Under the pieces are notes generated by a model that searched no databases, was not told where the DNA came from, and saw nothing but the letters and a program-made list of their open reading frames with translations. Position numbers and translations under genes: made by a program. Positions 37,764 to 47,056 of a DNA stretch of 64,000 nt are shown piece by piece (the first letter of the stretch is position 1; every line of letters starts with the position of its first letter). This stretch comes from an uncultured virus (IMG/VR IMGVR_UViG_3300007274_000042). Its lineage: Duplodnaviria > Heunggongvirae > Uroviricota > Caudoviricetes. Location: IMG/VR virus record IMGVR_UViG_3300007274_000042. One strand, 5' to 3'.

Positions 37764-37940
37764 TCAGCAGTTTGCTGCGTACTCACGGATAGCATCCGCA
37801 TACTCCTCGACTGTGTCGTAGCCATGACGCTGAGCATCAGCGAGAGTGAGAGTAGCGGGACGCAGTGAGCTGCGCACCTCGGTACGAGTACCACCGATAC
37901 GAGCGGCAGCATCATCGAGAACATCGTTGAGATATGACAT
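37764..37940 (-). CDS. Small hypothetical protein (58 aa), followed by a coupled 22-aa hydrophobic ORF at 37696..37764
   Basis: Own translation MSYLNDVLDDAAARIGG...EYAANC; follows element 22. Confidence 0.6.
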   Translation of the reverse strand: MSYLNDVLDDAAARIGGTRTEVRSSLRPATLTLADAQRHGYDTVEEYADAIREYAANC

Positions 37941-37957
37941 AGTTGTGAATAGTTATA

Positions 37958-37990
37958 GAACAACTCGTGTTGAACCACACGACAGTGTGG
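37958..37990 (-). promoter_or_regulatory. Hairpin element 22
   Basis: Plus strand GAACA-N6-GTTGAA-CCACAC-GACA-GTGTGG. Confidence 0.75.
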
Positions 37991-38523
37991 AGGGAGGGGG
38001 TTACTAGCGGAGTCAGATAGTATATCTATAAGCGGAGACAGGTAACACCTAAGAATATACAAATGAATTACGAATGTATTACACAAGTTAACTAGTAACT
38101 GTGAAACATAAGTAATAACAATTGTGATAACTCACGCTTAACATACGTTACGAAAGTGTAACTGAAATGTTACGTGAGTTTAAATCCTCAGCCAAACACA
38201 GACGTTACAATCAAATGTAATAAAGCAGCAGTTAAATACAAATGTAAGCGAGCGAAGCGAGCGTTACACTCATGTATTACTGGCGTATATTTTTTTTTGT
38301 TTGACCCGTTGTTTGGGTACAGAGGATATTAGACATGTCTAAAATTTTGTACCAAAAAATGGTTCCTATAGGGGTTTTTGTTGGGGTACACAGCAGTTAG
38401 ACCGCGTTGCTGCTTGTGTATGTACAAATATTTAAGAATGTTAGTAAAAGACGCGCCACGACATTGTGTTACACTCATTCTGAGCCACTATATCTAGTGG
38501 GTGGCGGTGCTTATTTGGAATCG

Positions 38524-38650
38524 TGCTACGAAACTACGCTCAACTACGTAGTTTTCTATAAACCTGTATTTTTAATCCTCGCTACGTAGCTCCCCTATCC
38601 TTTTTAAATAAACAGTTATAGAGAGCAGCGTAGCTAGCGTAGTTTTGTAG
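38524..38650. repeat. CTACG iteron array, copy B
   Basis: Same order of blocks as copy A, including an identical AGCGTAGCTAGCGTAG at 38627-38642. Confidence 0.75.
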
Positions 38651-38683
38651 TTTTATAGAATTAGAAGATGTGATTTTACGTTA

Positions 38684-39799
38684 GTGATGGATCTTGAAAG
38701 GTATAAGGGCGCAAAGCCTGGCTTCTACGAAGTAGAGGGTGGTAAAGTAAAAGTCGGTAGGGACGGCAAGGTAACTTTCTATAAAAGTGGTGGTGATCCT
38801 GGTACCTTCTTTGATGGAGCTGAAGGCGGTAAATATGATGTAGACGAAGAAAACGTCGCGCCCGGCGGCGGAGCCGACGATGAAGATAAAGGAGACACCC
38901 GTACAAATCAGAACGACATTGTGCAGAGAGGTATGACACTCGGTGGTATCAAGGATTTCAACGCTGCTTATGGCCTAGAAGTTGCAGATGCTTCCAAGCT
39001 GTTTAACTTGAACAGTACTAAAAGCCCCGATGCTTTTAAAGGTGAAGACAATAAGATCAGTACTGGTAAAACCGGGTACACAGTTCCCAAGGCAGCCGCG
39101 CCAATCGTGGGATCTACGCCATACAAAGGCGCTGATCTGAAGATCGGTACAGGTGATTCAGGCGGATATACCATTCCTCCTGCGTCTGTGCCTGGAACAA
39201 CGGGCCATACGCCGGAAGATCCGCAGAATGGCGTGTCTTCACAGCCAGATGAAGCGGATCAGAGCCGTGGAATCAGCATGAGGAGCGGAAAACGGGGCGC
39301 TCGACAGCAAGAATTTGCCGGTCGGCCCGGTAATCGGGCGTTTGGTGGCGAAGAGCCGTCGAATTCAAGCCTTGTTAGCCCGATGTACGCCGATAAAGGG
39401 CGTAATGCGTACCGATCTGGCATCTTAGACAGCACATCCAAGGGTCCGATGGGCGTATTGCGTGATGCTGCTGCTAATGCGGGGATGATTCGCACTAATG
39501 ACGGCAAGATCGCCATGAAAGATGGGGATGGGTACCGCACATACACCGGAGATAAGTCAGCTCGCGAGGTTGCATTCGATATTGGCGGTGGTCAGAAGGG
39601 ATATGACAAACATGCTGCCAACTTCGAGAGTATTGGGGTGCCTGATCAACCTGAAGTCCAAGCAGATGACGAACAGACGCCAGCAACCATCGAACCTACT
39701 TGGAAAGACATGAGTATTGATCAGAAGAAGGGTGCAGTCACTGCATATGCTCAGGATTTCGTAAATACATTCAAGGATAAGCTCAAGGATAAGAAGTAA
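38684..39799 (+). CDS. Hypothetical protein, probably virion-associated
   Basis: 371 aa, Gly-rich, first gene of the plus-strand block. Confidence 0.7.
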   Translation: MMDLERYKGAKPGFYEVEGGKVKVGRDGKVTFYKSGGDPGTFFDGAEGGKYDVDEENVAPGGGADDEDKGDTRTNQNDIVQRGMTLGGIKDFNAAYGLEVADASKLFNLNSTKSPDAFKGEDNKISTGKTGYTVPKAAAPIVGSTPYKGADLKIGTGDSGGYTIPPASVPGTTGHTPEDPQNGVSSQPDEADQSRGISMRSGKRGARQQEFAGRPGNRAFGGEEPSNSSLVSPMYADKGRNAYRSGILDSTSKGPMGVLRDAAANAGMIRTNDGKIAMKDGDGYRTYTGDKSAREVAFDIGGGQKGYDKHAANFESIGVPDQPEVQADDEQTPATIEPTWKDMSIDQKKGAVTAYAQDFVNTFKDKLKDKK

Positions 39800-39846
39800 T
39801 GACGGAATTGCCTACAATAAATGTAGGTTTCCGTTAAATATGCGAA

Positions 39847-42321
39847 GTGGCATCTCTAGAGAACGTACAAGGCGCTAATAGCAGTCAAGATGTGAATCTT
39901 GCGGGTGTTAGTCCCAGTAATGACCCCATTCAGATTGGCGCTGATGAACTGGCACGTGGACGAAGTGCTGGATTCAGTGATGAAGAGACTTTGGGTGTAC
40001 TTTCACGCCGTCGAAGGCAGCAACAGCCTGCTCGACTGACTAATCGTGAAGTTCGTGAGGCTAAACAGCGTTTTGCCACTATTACAGCCGAAGATGGCAC
40101 CGTAATGCCTCAAGAACCCGAGCGTGGCGTGCGTTCTTTGGCAAATGAGCAAGTTCAGTTCAATTTAGACCAAGGTGAGCGTGATCAGTCGGAACAAGAC
40201 GCAAATTACGGTCGTGATGAGAATGAATTCAGCCGTTGGAACAAAGATCGGGGTGCATTCGAAGATGTATACATTAAAGACGGCTTAAAGACGCCAGATG
40301 ACCTCAGAGACCAAGCTCTGCTGCGTTCTTACGGTCTTGCAAGGCGTTTAAAGATAAGTAACAACAAAGCGGTACAAGAACCCAAACTTGACCGTCGTGG
40401 AAAGGCAATTCGCAACCAAGATGGCGAAGTAGTCATGCGAAACACGTATGACATCGAAAGTGTCAACGAAACCACGTCTGGTCAAGGCTGGCAAGGTGGT
40501 GGAGGCGGTGCCGCCAGCGATGCATACAAGCAAATTCAAGTTGCCATTGAATTAGGCAAGATTACACCTGAAGAAGCTGCTCCATTGATGGAAAGGCTTC
40601 GTAGAACGGCAGATCCACAATATGCCAAGAATATTGAGAATTTTATGGGTCGTCGCACCGTACAGCGTGATAGTAGAAGGTTTAGCCCCGCAGCAAGGTC
40701 AATCAGTGATCAACGCGCTGCTCGTGATGCATCAGCAGCCATTGTCAGTGGACAAGCCGGTGTTGATGGAGCCGACTATCTGCCCGGCTCACTGACGAAG
40801 TACAACTCTGACCCCGATGGTGGAATCACTATTGGCACACAGATGGCGGAGCCTGACCCAATTTTCGGCGCCCGGCCGCAGGCCGTTCAACTGAGCGGAG
40901 ATTCTGCTGAGATAGCTCGCGCTCTTGGCGACGACGTTTCGGGTTACGTAGATCTTGCTACTGGAGAAGGTGTTCAGGGTGTTACCCCTTCACGTCTACA
41001 GACAAACCTTCCAAACACTAGTCAGCAGGTCAATGCTCCTGTAACAGCTGCTGCTTCCTGGGCTGCCTCCAATATCAAGGAAGGTAAGACCGGTGACGTG
41101 CTTGCTGACACCAACATCAGTCAGATCACTGCTGACTTCAGCCGTCGTGTCGAAGCAAGCGCACCTCGCTACCGCTCTCGCCCTGTTCGTACTTTTGACG
41201 ACTTTGCAGTTCAGATCCAACGTGTAATCGATGGGCGTGCATCAGAAGGTAAGAACTTCTACGAACCTGCTTATGACGAGCAAGGTCAGCCTATCCGTAC
41301 TCGTGCTGGACGACAGAAGCAGACCAAGGTCACTGATCCCGGCATTAGCGATGTACTACGTCACCTGCGTATGACATCTGGTGAGCAAGGTGAACTGGCT
41401 AATGCTCTGTACACAATGGGTATGGCTGGTGAGGGTGCTCGCCCTGTCACTGCTTTCAGTGATGGTGTGAACGTAACTACCGGTTCAATGTTTGGCGAGA
41501 AGCTTGACGTTGGTGTAGCCGGTCGCGATACACAGCGTGCTGCATTTGCCAAAGCAGGTCTTAGCCCCGATGCTCCTGAGTATGACGACGATGGGATGCT
41601 GATCGATTATGGGGATGCACAGCGTCCTCAGATTGGTGCAATCCGTGAGCGTGATGAGTTTGGTGGTGTAACCCGTGAGGAGCCCGCACTCAAGCGTGCT
41701 GTGATGAAAGGCCGTAGTCCTGACGAAGCAGTCGCTACATACGCTGCTCAGCGCAAGAAGAACAAGCAACCTGTTGACCCCGTATACGCGGAGAAGATCC
41801 GTAGTGAAAACGCAAGCCTCCGTAGAGATCAAGCTGCTACGGAAGAGAACCAAGCTGTACGCCGTGTAATTCAGAAGACTGGTGCTGGACCTCTCCCTGC
41901 ACGCCAGCAACAAGACGAAGAGTTCTTCAGCACTCCTATCAACAAGTACAACGGCTCCTATCGCTCAACACCTGAGACTGCGATTGTTGCAACACGTAGA
42001 CCTACAGAACCTGTAGCACTTCAGTCCTCTTACTACGACGGCTCTAGCAAGTACGACGTGGTTAGCCGCTTCAGCGAAGAGTTCACTGGAGCTGGTGGTG
42101 GTGGAGGTGTGAAGCCCCCAGTCGCTGCCCCCGCTCCTGCGCCTGAACCCAACAGCAACACAAATTCAGTGTCTAGTGCACTGAAGCGTGAGATCGCAGC
42201 ACGTGTGGATCAGAAGCGTAATGCGCGTAGGCGTCACATTGGTGGTGCGGCTGGTGCGGGTGCCGGAATCGCAGCAGTAATGGCTGCACTAAGTGGTGGA
42301 CAACAAGAGGAGCAATTCTAA
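39847..42321 (+). CDS. Large hypothetical protein, possibly internal virion protein
   Basis: 824 aa with a C-terminal Gly/Ala hydrophobic segment. Confidence 0.7.
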   Translation: MASLENVQGANSSQDVNLAGVSPSNDPIQIGADELARGRSAGFSDEETLGVLSRRRRQQQPARLTNREVREAKQRFATITAEDGTVMPQEPERGVRSLANEQVQFNLDQGERDQSEQDANYGRDENEFSRWNKDRGAFEDVYIKDGLKTPDDLRDQALLRSYGLARRLKISNNKAVQEPKLDRRGKAIRNQDGEVVMRNTYDIESVNETTSGQGWQGGGGGAASDAYKQIQVAIELGKITPEEAAPLMERLRRTADPQYAKNIENFMGRRTVQRDSRRFSPAARSISDQRAARDASAAIVSGQAGVDGADYLPGSLTKYNSDPDGGITIGTQMAEPDPIFGARPQAVQLSGDSAEIARALGDDVSGYVDLATGEGVQGVTPSRLQTNLPNTSQQVNAPVTAAASWAASNIKEGKTGDVLADTNISQITADFSRRVEASAPRYRSRPVRTFDDFAVQIQRVIDGRASEGKNFYEPAYDEQGQPIRTRAGRQKQTKVTDPGISDVLRHLRMTSGEQGELANALYTMGMAGEGARPVTAFSDGVNVTTGSMFGEKLDVGVAGRDTQRAAFAKAGLSPDAPEYDDDGMLIDYGDAQRPQIGAIRERDEFGGVTREEPALKRAVMKGRSPDEAVATYAAQRKKNKQPVDPVYAEKIRSENASLRRDQAATEENQAVRRVIQKTGAGPLPARQQQDEEFFSTPINKYNGSYRSTPETAIVATRRPTEPVALQSSYYDGSSKYDVVSRFSEEFTGAGGGGGVKPPVAAPAPAPEPNSNTNSVSSALKREIAARVDQKRNARRRHIGGAAGAGAGIAAVMAALSGGQQEEQF

Positions 42322-42620
42322 TGAACTTCGATTACTCAAAACAAACAATCGCCCAAGGCCGTGACAACCAACAACGTATCCAAGAGCAGCCCAACACGTT
42401 TGGTAAATCAAACGGTGCTGACGATTACACCCAGACTTCTTACTTGGATAAACCTAAGCAAAGAATGGCTGGTCGTGTTGGTCAACGAGCTCTGGATTAT
42501 ATGACTGACTCAGAAGAACAGAACCGTACAAACAAGTGGATGGAAAGCTTTGGCCTATCGAATGAAGGGGCAGCCTTCAATATGGCTAAAATGAATGGAG
42601 GAATGATGCCTCAGGAATAA
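42321..42620 (+). CDS. Hypothetical protein with RMAG motif
   Basis: Coupled ORF. Confidence 0.65.
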   Translation: MNFDYSKQTIAQGRDNQQRIQEQPNTFGKSNGADDYTQTSYLDKPKQRMAGRVGQRALDYMTDSEEQNRTNKWMESFGLSNEGAAFNMAKMNGGMMPQE

Positions 42621-42622
42621 CT

Positions 42623-43111
42623 ATGGCAAAAGGAAGAATGGCTGGTAAAGCCTTAGAAGCACTTAAGTGGTTATTCAAAGGCGATGACGCTGGACAAATT
42701 GCTTTAAGGGTAATTCCTGACGTAGGTTTTGGGGTACTAGAAGGTGCACTTACACCTGGAGATCTTGGAGATAAGATCGTTGCCGGTGCTGGCACAGCAT
42801 TAGGTGGTGTAACTGGTGGTGCCGCACTAGGTAAGCTTGGTGGAAACAGTATGGCTGCACGGCAGCTGCTTGACCTTGCTGGTTCAGTGGGTGGTGATTT
42901 TGCAGGACGTTATGTTGCTGAAGGTGTTCAGCGTGGTAAAGACAAGGTGATGGGTGGCAAGGGCCAAACAGCATATGAACGAATGAGTGAAGAGCAGTTC
43001 AATGTAATGAAGGAAGAAGCCGCACGGCAAGCACTTGCTGAGTTAGGTCTACTGCCTCAGGGTTATCAGAGTGCACTGACTGATATGTACACCGGTCAGG
43101 GAGTTAGCTGA
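42623..43111 (+). CDS. Glycine-zipper protein with RMAG motif
   Basis: GxxxG-rich helices. Confidence 0.65.
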   Translation: MAKGRMAGKALEALKWLFKGDDAGQIALRVIPDVGFGVLEGALTPGDLGDKIVAGAGTALGGVTGGAALGKLGGNSMAARQLLDLAGSVGGDFAGRYVAEGVQRGKDKVMGGKGQTAYERMSEEQFNVMKEEAARQALAELGLLPQGYQSALTDMYTGQGVS

Positions 43112-44406
43112 TGAGTAGAAGAGAATCAATTGGCAACATCCTCCAACAACTTAACCCTATAAACGAAGAGAACCGTCGTAACTTCTCTGAAGGCTTTCAA
43201 CGTGACTATCAAATAGGACGTGACGACACACAGCAAGTCTTCTACCGTAAGCGTGATCTTCAAAAGCTACAAAAAGAAGCTCCACGTTTGAACTCCTTGC
43301 TTGGTAATCACCCAGGTATAACAAGACTAAAAGAACTGACAGGTACTATTTCCGAGCAGCATCAGCAAGCACTGCTTGAAGCTGATATGCACCTAGACAG
43401 AACCGCGCCTTTGGCGCGACAGGTTGGACAGCTGGCAGGTACCGCTGGAGCTGACCTGACTCAAGACATCAGCCGTAGTGCGTGGTGGCTCATCAATGCC
43501 CTACAAGCTACAGGTGAGATTATCAATGAGCAAGCTCTTGCAAGAACTACACCTCAGCTGTGGCAGCACAGTCCTGTACAAGCGCAATCATTGCCAAAGT
43601 TGAAAATCACTGGTCAGAAGCCTGTATCTAATTTCCTTGAGAAAGGAAACAGTAGAGCTGAAGATGAGATGAGAGATCGTGATCTACTTCAAATGATCGA
43701 TGGGAAAGAAGTACCTAAACGTGGTTACAAATTTGAAACAGCTGATATCCCAGTAGAAGGTGGTGGTAGCAGGAAAGCTACTGTCCTACAGCAGCGTAAC
43801 TACGCTCCAGGTATGTTGGCTGCATTGTCTATCCCTACAGGTTTAGCAATCAACAACGGCTTGGGATTGCTGACCCCACTTGGTGGAGCTGAGGGTTTCA
43901 AAGCAAACAACCCTTCTCCAGAAGACCCTACTAAAACCAACAACGTCGTTGCTGAGGTTGCTCAGAAATACATCTTGGGTAAAACTGGTGGACTTCTTCC
44001 ATACAGTGAATTCAAACAGGTTCGTCCTGATGTATCTCTAGCAGAGTACAAGGCGTATCAAGCTGACAAGTTTGACAACTCAGAAGACTGGAATCCATTT
44101 GACGGAGATATCAGCATACTTGGCGGAGCAATTAAAGCTAATACAGATGGCATTCTCGGACCTGAAGCCTCAATGCTTGGACGCAGTCTTCCAGTGACTA
44201 CAGGTGTAGTTCCATTCTTAACAGCACTTGCAGGCACTTCTGCCGGTGCGTACTACGGTCATAACTATCGTGGCCGTAAAGGTGCACAAACCGGACTAAT
44301 GGGCGGACTAGCTGGTGTGGCTGTAGGTACTGCAACTGGATCTATAATTGAGAATGAAAGACGCCGTCGTAACGGTATAGAGAATGGGGAGCTACCACTG
44401 TCATGA
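43111..44406 (+). CDS. Hypothetical protein with C-terminal glycine zipper
   Basis: 431-aa coupled ORF. Confidence 0.7.
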   Translation: MSRRESIGNILQQLNPINEENRRNFSEGFQRDYQIGRDDTQQVFYRKRDLQKLQKEAPRLNSLLGNHPGITRLKELTGTISEQHQQALLEADMHLDRTAPLARQVGQLAGTAGADLTQDISRSAWWLINALQATGEIINEQALARTTPQLWQHSPVQAQSLPKLKITGQKPVSNFLEKGNSRAEDEMRDRDLLQMIDGKEVPKRGYKFETADIPVEGGGSRKATVLQQRNYAPGMLAALSIPTGLAINNGLGLLTPLGGAEGFKANNPSPEDPTKTNNVVAEVAQKYILGKTGGLLPYSEFKQVRPDVSLAEYKAYQADKFDNSEDWNPFDGDISILGGAIKANTDGILGPEASMLGRSLPVTTGVVPFLTALAGTSAGAYYGHNYRGRKGAQTGLMGGLAGVAVGTATGSIIENERRRRNGIENGELPLS

Positions 44407-44810
44407 GATTTGCTGGTGAAAAATTAGGCGGCGGTTATGCAGCTTTAGTTGGTCAAGGTGGTCCTAACTTTGGCGAGATGAGTGGGAACACACTGGAGTA
44501 TCGGGGTAAAGAGAAAGTTGCTGCGCATCAAGCTGAATCCCAGACACATCAGTATGGTCTGAAATCCGTTGCTGATATTCGTGCTGCCGAAGAAGAGGCT
44601 GAAGCGACTAAGTACGCAGGACAACAAGCTGGTCAAGCTGCAATGGTTGATGGACTGTTCAGCGGTATTAGCGGAATTGCTTCTGCTGGTATCCAGAAGT
44701 GGGGTGCCCCTGCAAGTGGTGGTATGCCAAAACCTGCCCCCACACAGCTAGGAGTTAATCACTTCAATCCAACTACTGGGTTTCCAGGTGGAGTAGCCCC
44801 AAGGCAGTAG
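44403..44810 (+). CDS. Carrier-domain-only protein (RFAG N-terminus)
   Basis: Aligns by eye to the N-terminal parts of 44845 and 47050. Confidence 0.65.
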   Translation: MRFAGEKLGGGYAALVGQGGPNFGEMSGNTLEYRGKEKVAAHQAESQTHQYGLKSVADIRAAEEEAEATKYAGQQAGQAAMVDGLFSGISGIASAGIQKWGAPASGGMPKPAPTQLGVNHFNPTTGFPGGVAPRQ

Positions 44811-44844
44811 TTGATAACATATATAGAGGCTTATAAAACAATAA

Positions 44845-45498
44845 ATGAACTTCGCTAAATCACGGCAAATAGATTTCCAAATGCCTGATCTTCCAGGCAG
44901 TATGAGTCTCCAACACGGCAATGCTGCTGGTCTTGGTGGGTTCGCTGGAATCTATGGGGCCAACATGAAAACGTCCCCAGACTTTGGCTCTCTAGGTGCA
45001 ACCAACGTTGCTGCTAGATCTAATGAACGGGCTGCTGTTACTAAGGCAGAAGCTGACGTTCACGCCATGGGTCTACAGAGTGTGGCTTCTGTCCGCTCCG
45101 CAGAGATTCAAGCAGAAGCTGCTAAGTCTGCTGCTAAATCTGAAGCTCAGGGTCAGATGGTGGGTTCTGCACTAAGTGCTGTAGGAACTATTGGTGGTGC
45201 GCTAATCGGCTTGTCCGATGCGAGTACTAAAGAGAACGTAGCTGAAATTGATGATGGTCTGTCCGTAATCAAAAAGCTGAAGCCTAAGACCTACAACTAC
45301 AAGCCTGAGTGGCAAGGTTACTCAAACCGCAAGCATAGCGGGTTCATCGCACAGGAGTACCAAAAGGTTATTCCCGAAGGTACATATAATGATGAAGAGA
45401 GCGGTAAGCTCTGTGTAGATCTAGCTGAAGTGATTGCTCCTCTTGTGAGTGCTGTTCAGCAACTCGAAGCCCGTATCGCTGAACTGGAGACAAAATGA
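44845..45498 (+). CDS. Protein with C-terminal peptidase S74 (intramolecular chaperone) domain
   Basis: SDASTKENV...LKPKTYNY...GFIAQE..KVIPE...LV.AVQQL. Confidence 0.8.
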   Translation: MNFAKSRQIDFQMPDLPGSMSLQHGNAAGLGGFAGIYGANMKTSPDFGSLGATNVAARSNERAAVTKAEADVHAMGLQSVASVRSAEIQAEAAKSAAKSEAQGQMVGSALSAVGTIGGALIGLSDASTKENVAEIDDGLSVIKKLKPKTYNYKPEWQGYSNRKHSGFIAQEYQKVIPEGTYNDEESGKLCVDLAEVIAPLVSAVQQLEARIAELETK

Positions 45499-45989
45499 GT
45501 ACTGGATTCCCTATTGATGAGCTAGCTCAACAAGTAGCGAAGATTAAAGGCATCAGTATTGATGACGCTCTGCGTGTATTGAACGGTCGTGACTTCGCTA
45601 ACTCTGCACAGTGGGCAATGCGTGGTGCCACTGGTGGTGCCAAAGGTGTCCTCGATAAAGGCATTAAAGGAACCATTGCTCGGATGGCTGGCAGCAAGCC
45701 TGTCTACAACGCTCTCCGTGTAGTGCCTGGATTGACTGCTGGTCTTGTAGCACTAGATGCAGCTGACGTTGTCACTAACGACACAAGCATTTTGAACAAA
45801 GGTATGGACACCACGGCTATGGCTATTGGTGGTGTACTAGGTGCCGCTGGCGGTCCTGTTGGCGCTATGGCTGGCGCATCCACTGGCAAGTTTGTCAGTG
45901 ATGGACTCCAGTGGTTGTTCGGAGACAAGAAAACACCAGAACAACGTAAAATGGAAGACATGCTTGCATTACTTGGAGGTAGAAACTGA
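45495..45989 (+). CDS. Glycine-zipper protein with RMAG motif
   Basis: IGGVLGAAGGPVGAMAG. Confidence 0.65.
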   Translation: MSTGFPIDELAQQVAKIKGISIDDALRVLNGRDFANSAQWAMRGATGGAKGVLDKGIKGTIARMAGSKPVYNALRVVPGLTAGLVALDAADVVTNDTSILNKGMDTTAMAIGGVLGAAGGPVGAMAGASTGKFVSDGLQWLFGDKKTPEQRKMEDMLALLGGRN

Positions 45990-47056
45990 TGTCCGACGCA
46001 CCAACTATTAGTTCACGGGTACCGGGTCTCTCCCTTCACACAGACCTTACTGCACGTGGTGAGGAAATGTACCTTAGTGGTCCAGATCCCCAGAAGCCTA
46101 AGCAGTCCGGTAGAGGTAAAAGCAATCTTGAGTCTGCGCTCACATACCTCTCTACACTAGCGACTGATCCTATTCAAGGTCTTTATCGTACGGCTACTGC
46201 CTACACGCAGAACGACAAAGTGCGTTCAGATAAGATTAAACAACTGGCAGGCAGCCAAGATTTCTTAGATTCATACGATAAAGATAGTAATACTTACGGT
46301 TCTCTTGATTGGATTACACGAAATCTCTATAACATCAAAGCTGATGATGTTACGTCTCAACGAATCCGTACTCGACAGAGTGACCTAGAGAACAGCCCAG
46401 GCTATAGAGCCCTAAAGACTGAATTTCGAAATTCAGATCCTGGTTTAACAAAATTATTTCCTAAGGGTGCGCTTACCTCCTTAGAAGATGTTAGTGCAGC
46501 AGCTAGCGATCTAAACACAAGAACTGAATTGCTAAAAGCGCTGAATGACCAAACGATGGGCCCAGGCCTGCTGGCTACTAAACGTGCTGAGGTTGGTGGT
46601 CGCCGGTTGACTAATGATGAGCTGCGTCAACTCCAATCTGTTGCAACTGTCAAAGACCCCGTCTACATCGAAAATCGTGACGCTGCCAAAGACAAAGGGC
46701 GTTTGGTTGATCAAGAGATCCAAGCTTCAAAAGATAATACTCGTATCAATCAGGACACTCTTTCTCTTGCTCAGACAAAAGAGCGAAACGCAAATACTCT
46801 GGCTAACTCTGAGATCGCCTTCGGTAACCGTAAGCTTGATTATGAGTGGCGCAACGCAAATGCTGATAGGGATTACCAGTGGCGTTCGGATGAAGCAGAC
46901 CGTGAGCAGAGGAAGGTCCTAACCATGCTAGGTCTAGAAGATAAAGGTGATGCTCGTCGTGAACGGAGTGAAGAGCGAGCTGCTGAACAGCGCCAACTGT
47001 TTATCCTTCAACTCATGAAGGGGCTGGGCAGTTTAGGTAACGCAGTGAGTTACTGA
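45989..47056 (+). CDS. Hypothetical protein
   Basis: 355-aa coupled ORF. Confidence 0.7.
   Translation: MSDAPTISSRVPGLSLHTDLTARGEEMYLSGPDPQKPKQSGRGKSNLESALTYLSTLATDPIQGLYRTATAYTQNDKVRSDKIKQLAGSQDFLDSYDKDSNTYGSLDWITRNLYNIKADDVTSQRIRTRQSDLENSPGYRALKTEFRNSDPGLTKLFPKGALTSLEDVSAAASDLNTRTELLKALNDQTMGPGLLATKRAEVGGRRLTNDELRQLQSVATVKDPVYIENRDAAKDKGRLVDQEIQASKDNTRINQDTLSLAQTKERNANTLANSEIAFGNRKLDYEWRNANADRDYQWRSDEADREQRKVLTMLGLEDKGDARRERSEERAAEQRQLFILQLMKGLGSLGNAVSY

Noticed and set aside
34478..37990. Integron attC cassette array (many elements begin with GTTRRRY)
   Set aside because: There is no complementary RYYYAAC on the other side of the hairpin, the elements are far shorter than attC sites, the orientation relative to the genes is reversed, and no integrase is in the window.
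34478..37990. CRISPR array
   Set aside because: The repeats vary in sequence, the intervening DNA is mostly 150-800 nt and protein-coding, and no cas genes are present.
922..37990. Hairpin elements as ordinary intrinsic terminators
   Set aside because: Apart from element 6 they lack a U-tract, and a fixed loop, foot and spaced GAACA box are not terminator features. Factor-dependent termination is not excluded.
38040..38280. NtcA boxes (GTA-N8-TAC)
   Set aside because: The clearest GTA/TAC pairs I checked are spaced N10, not N8.
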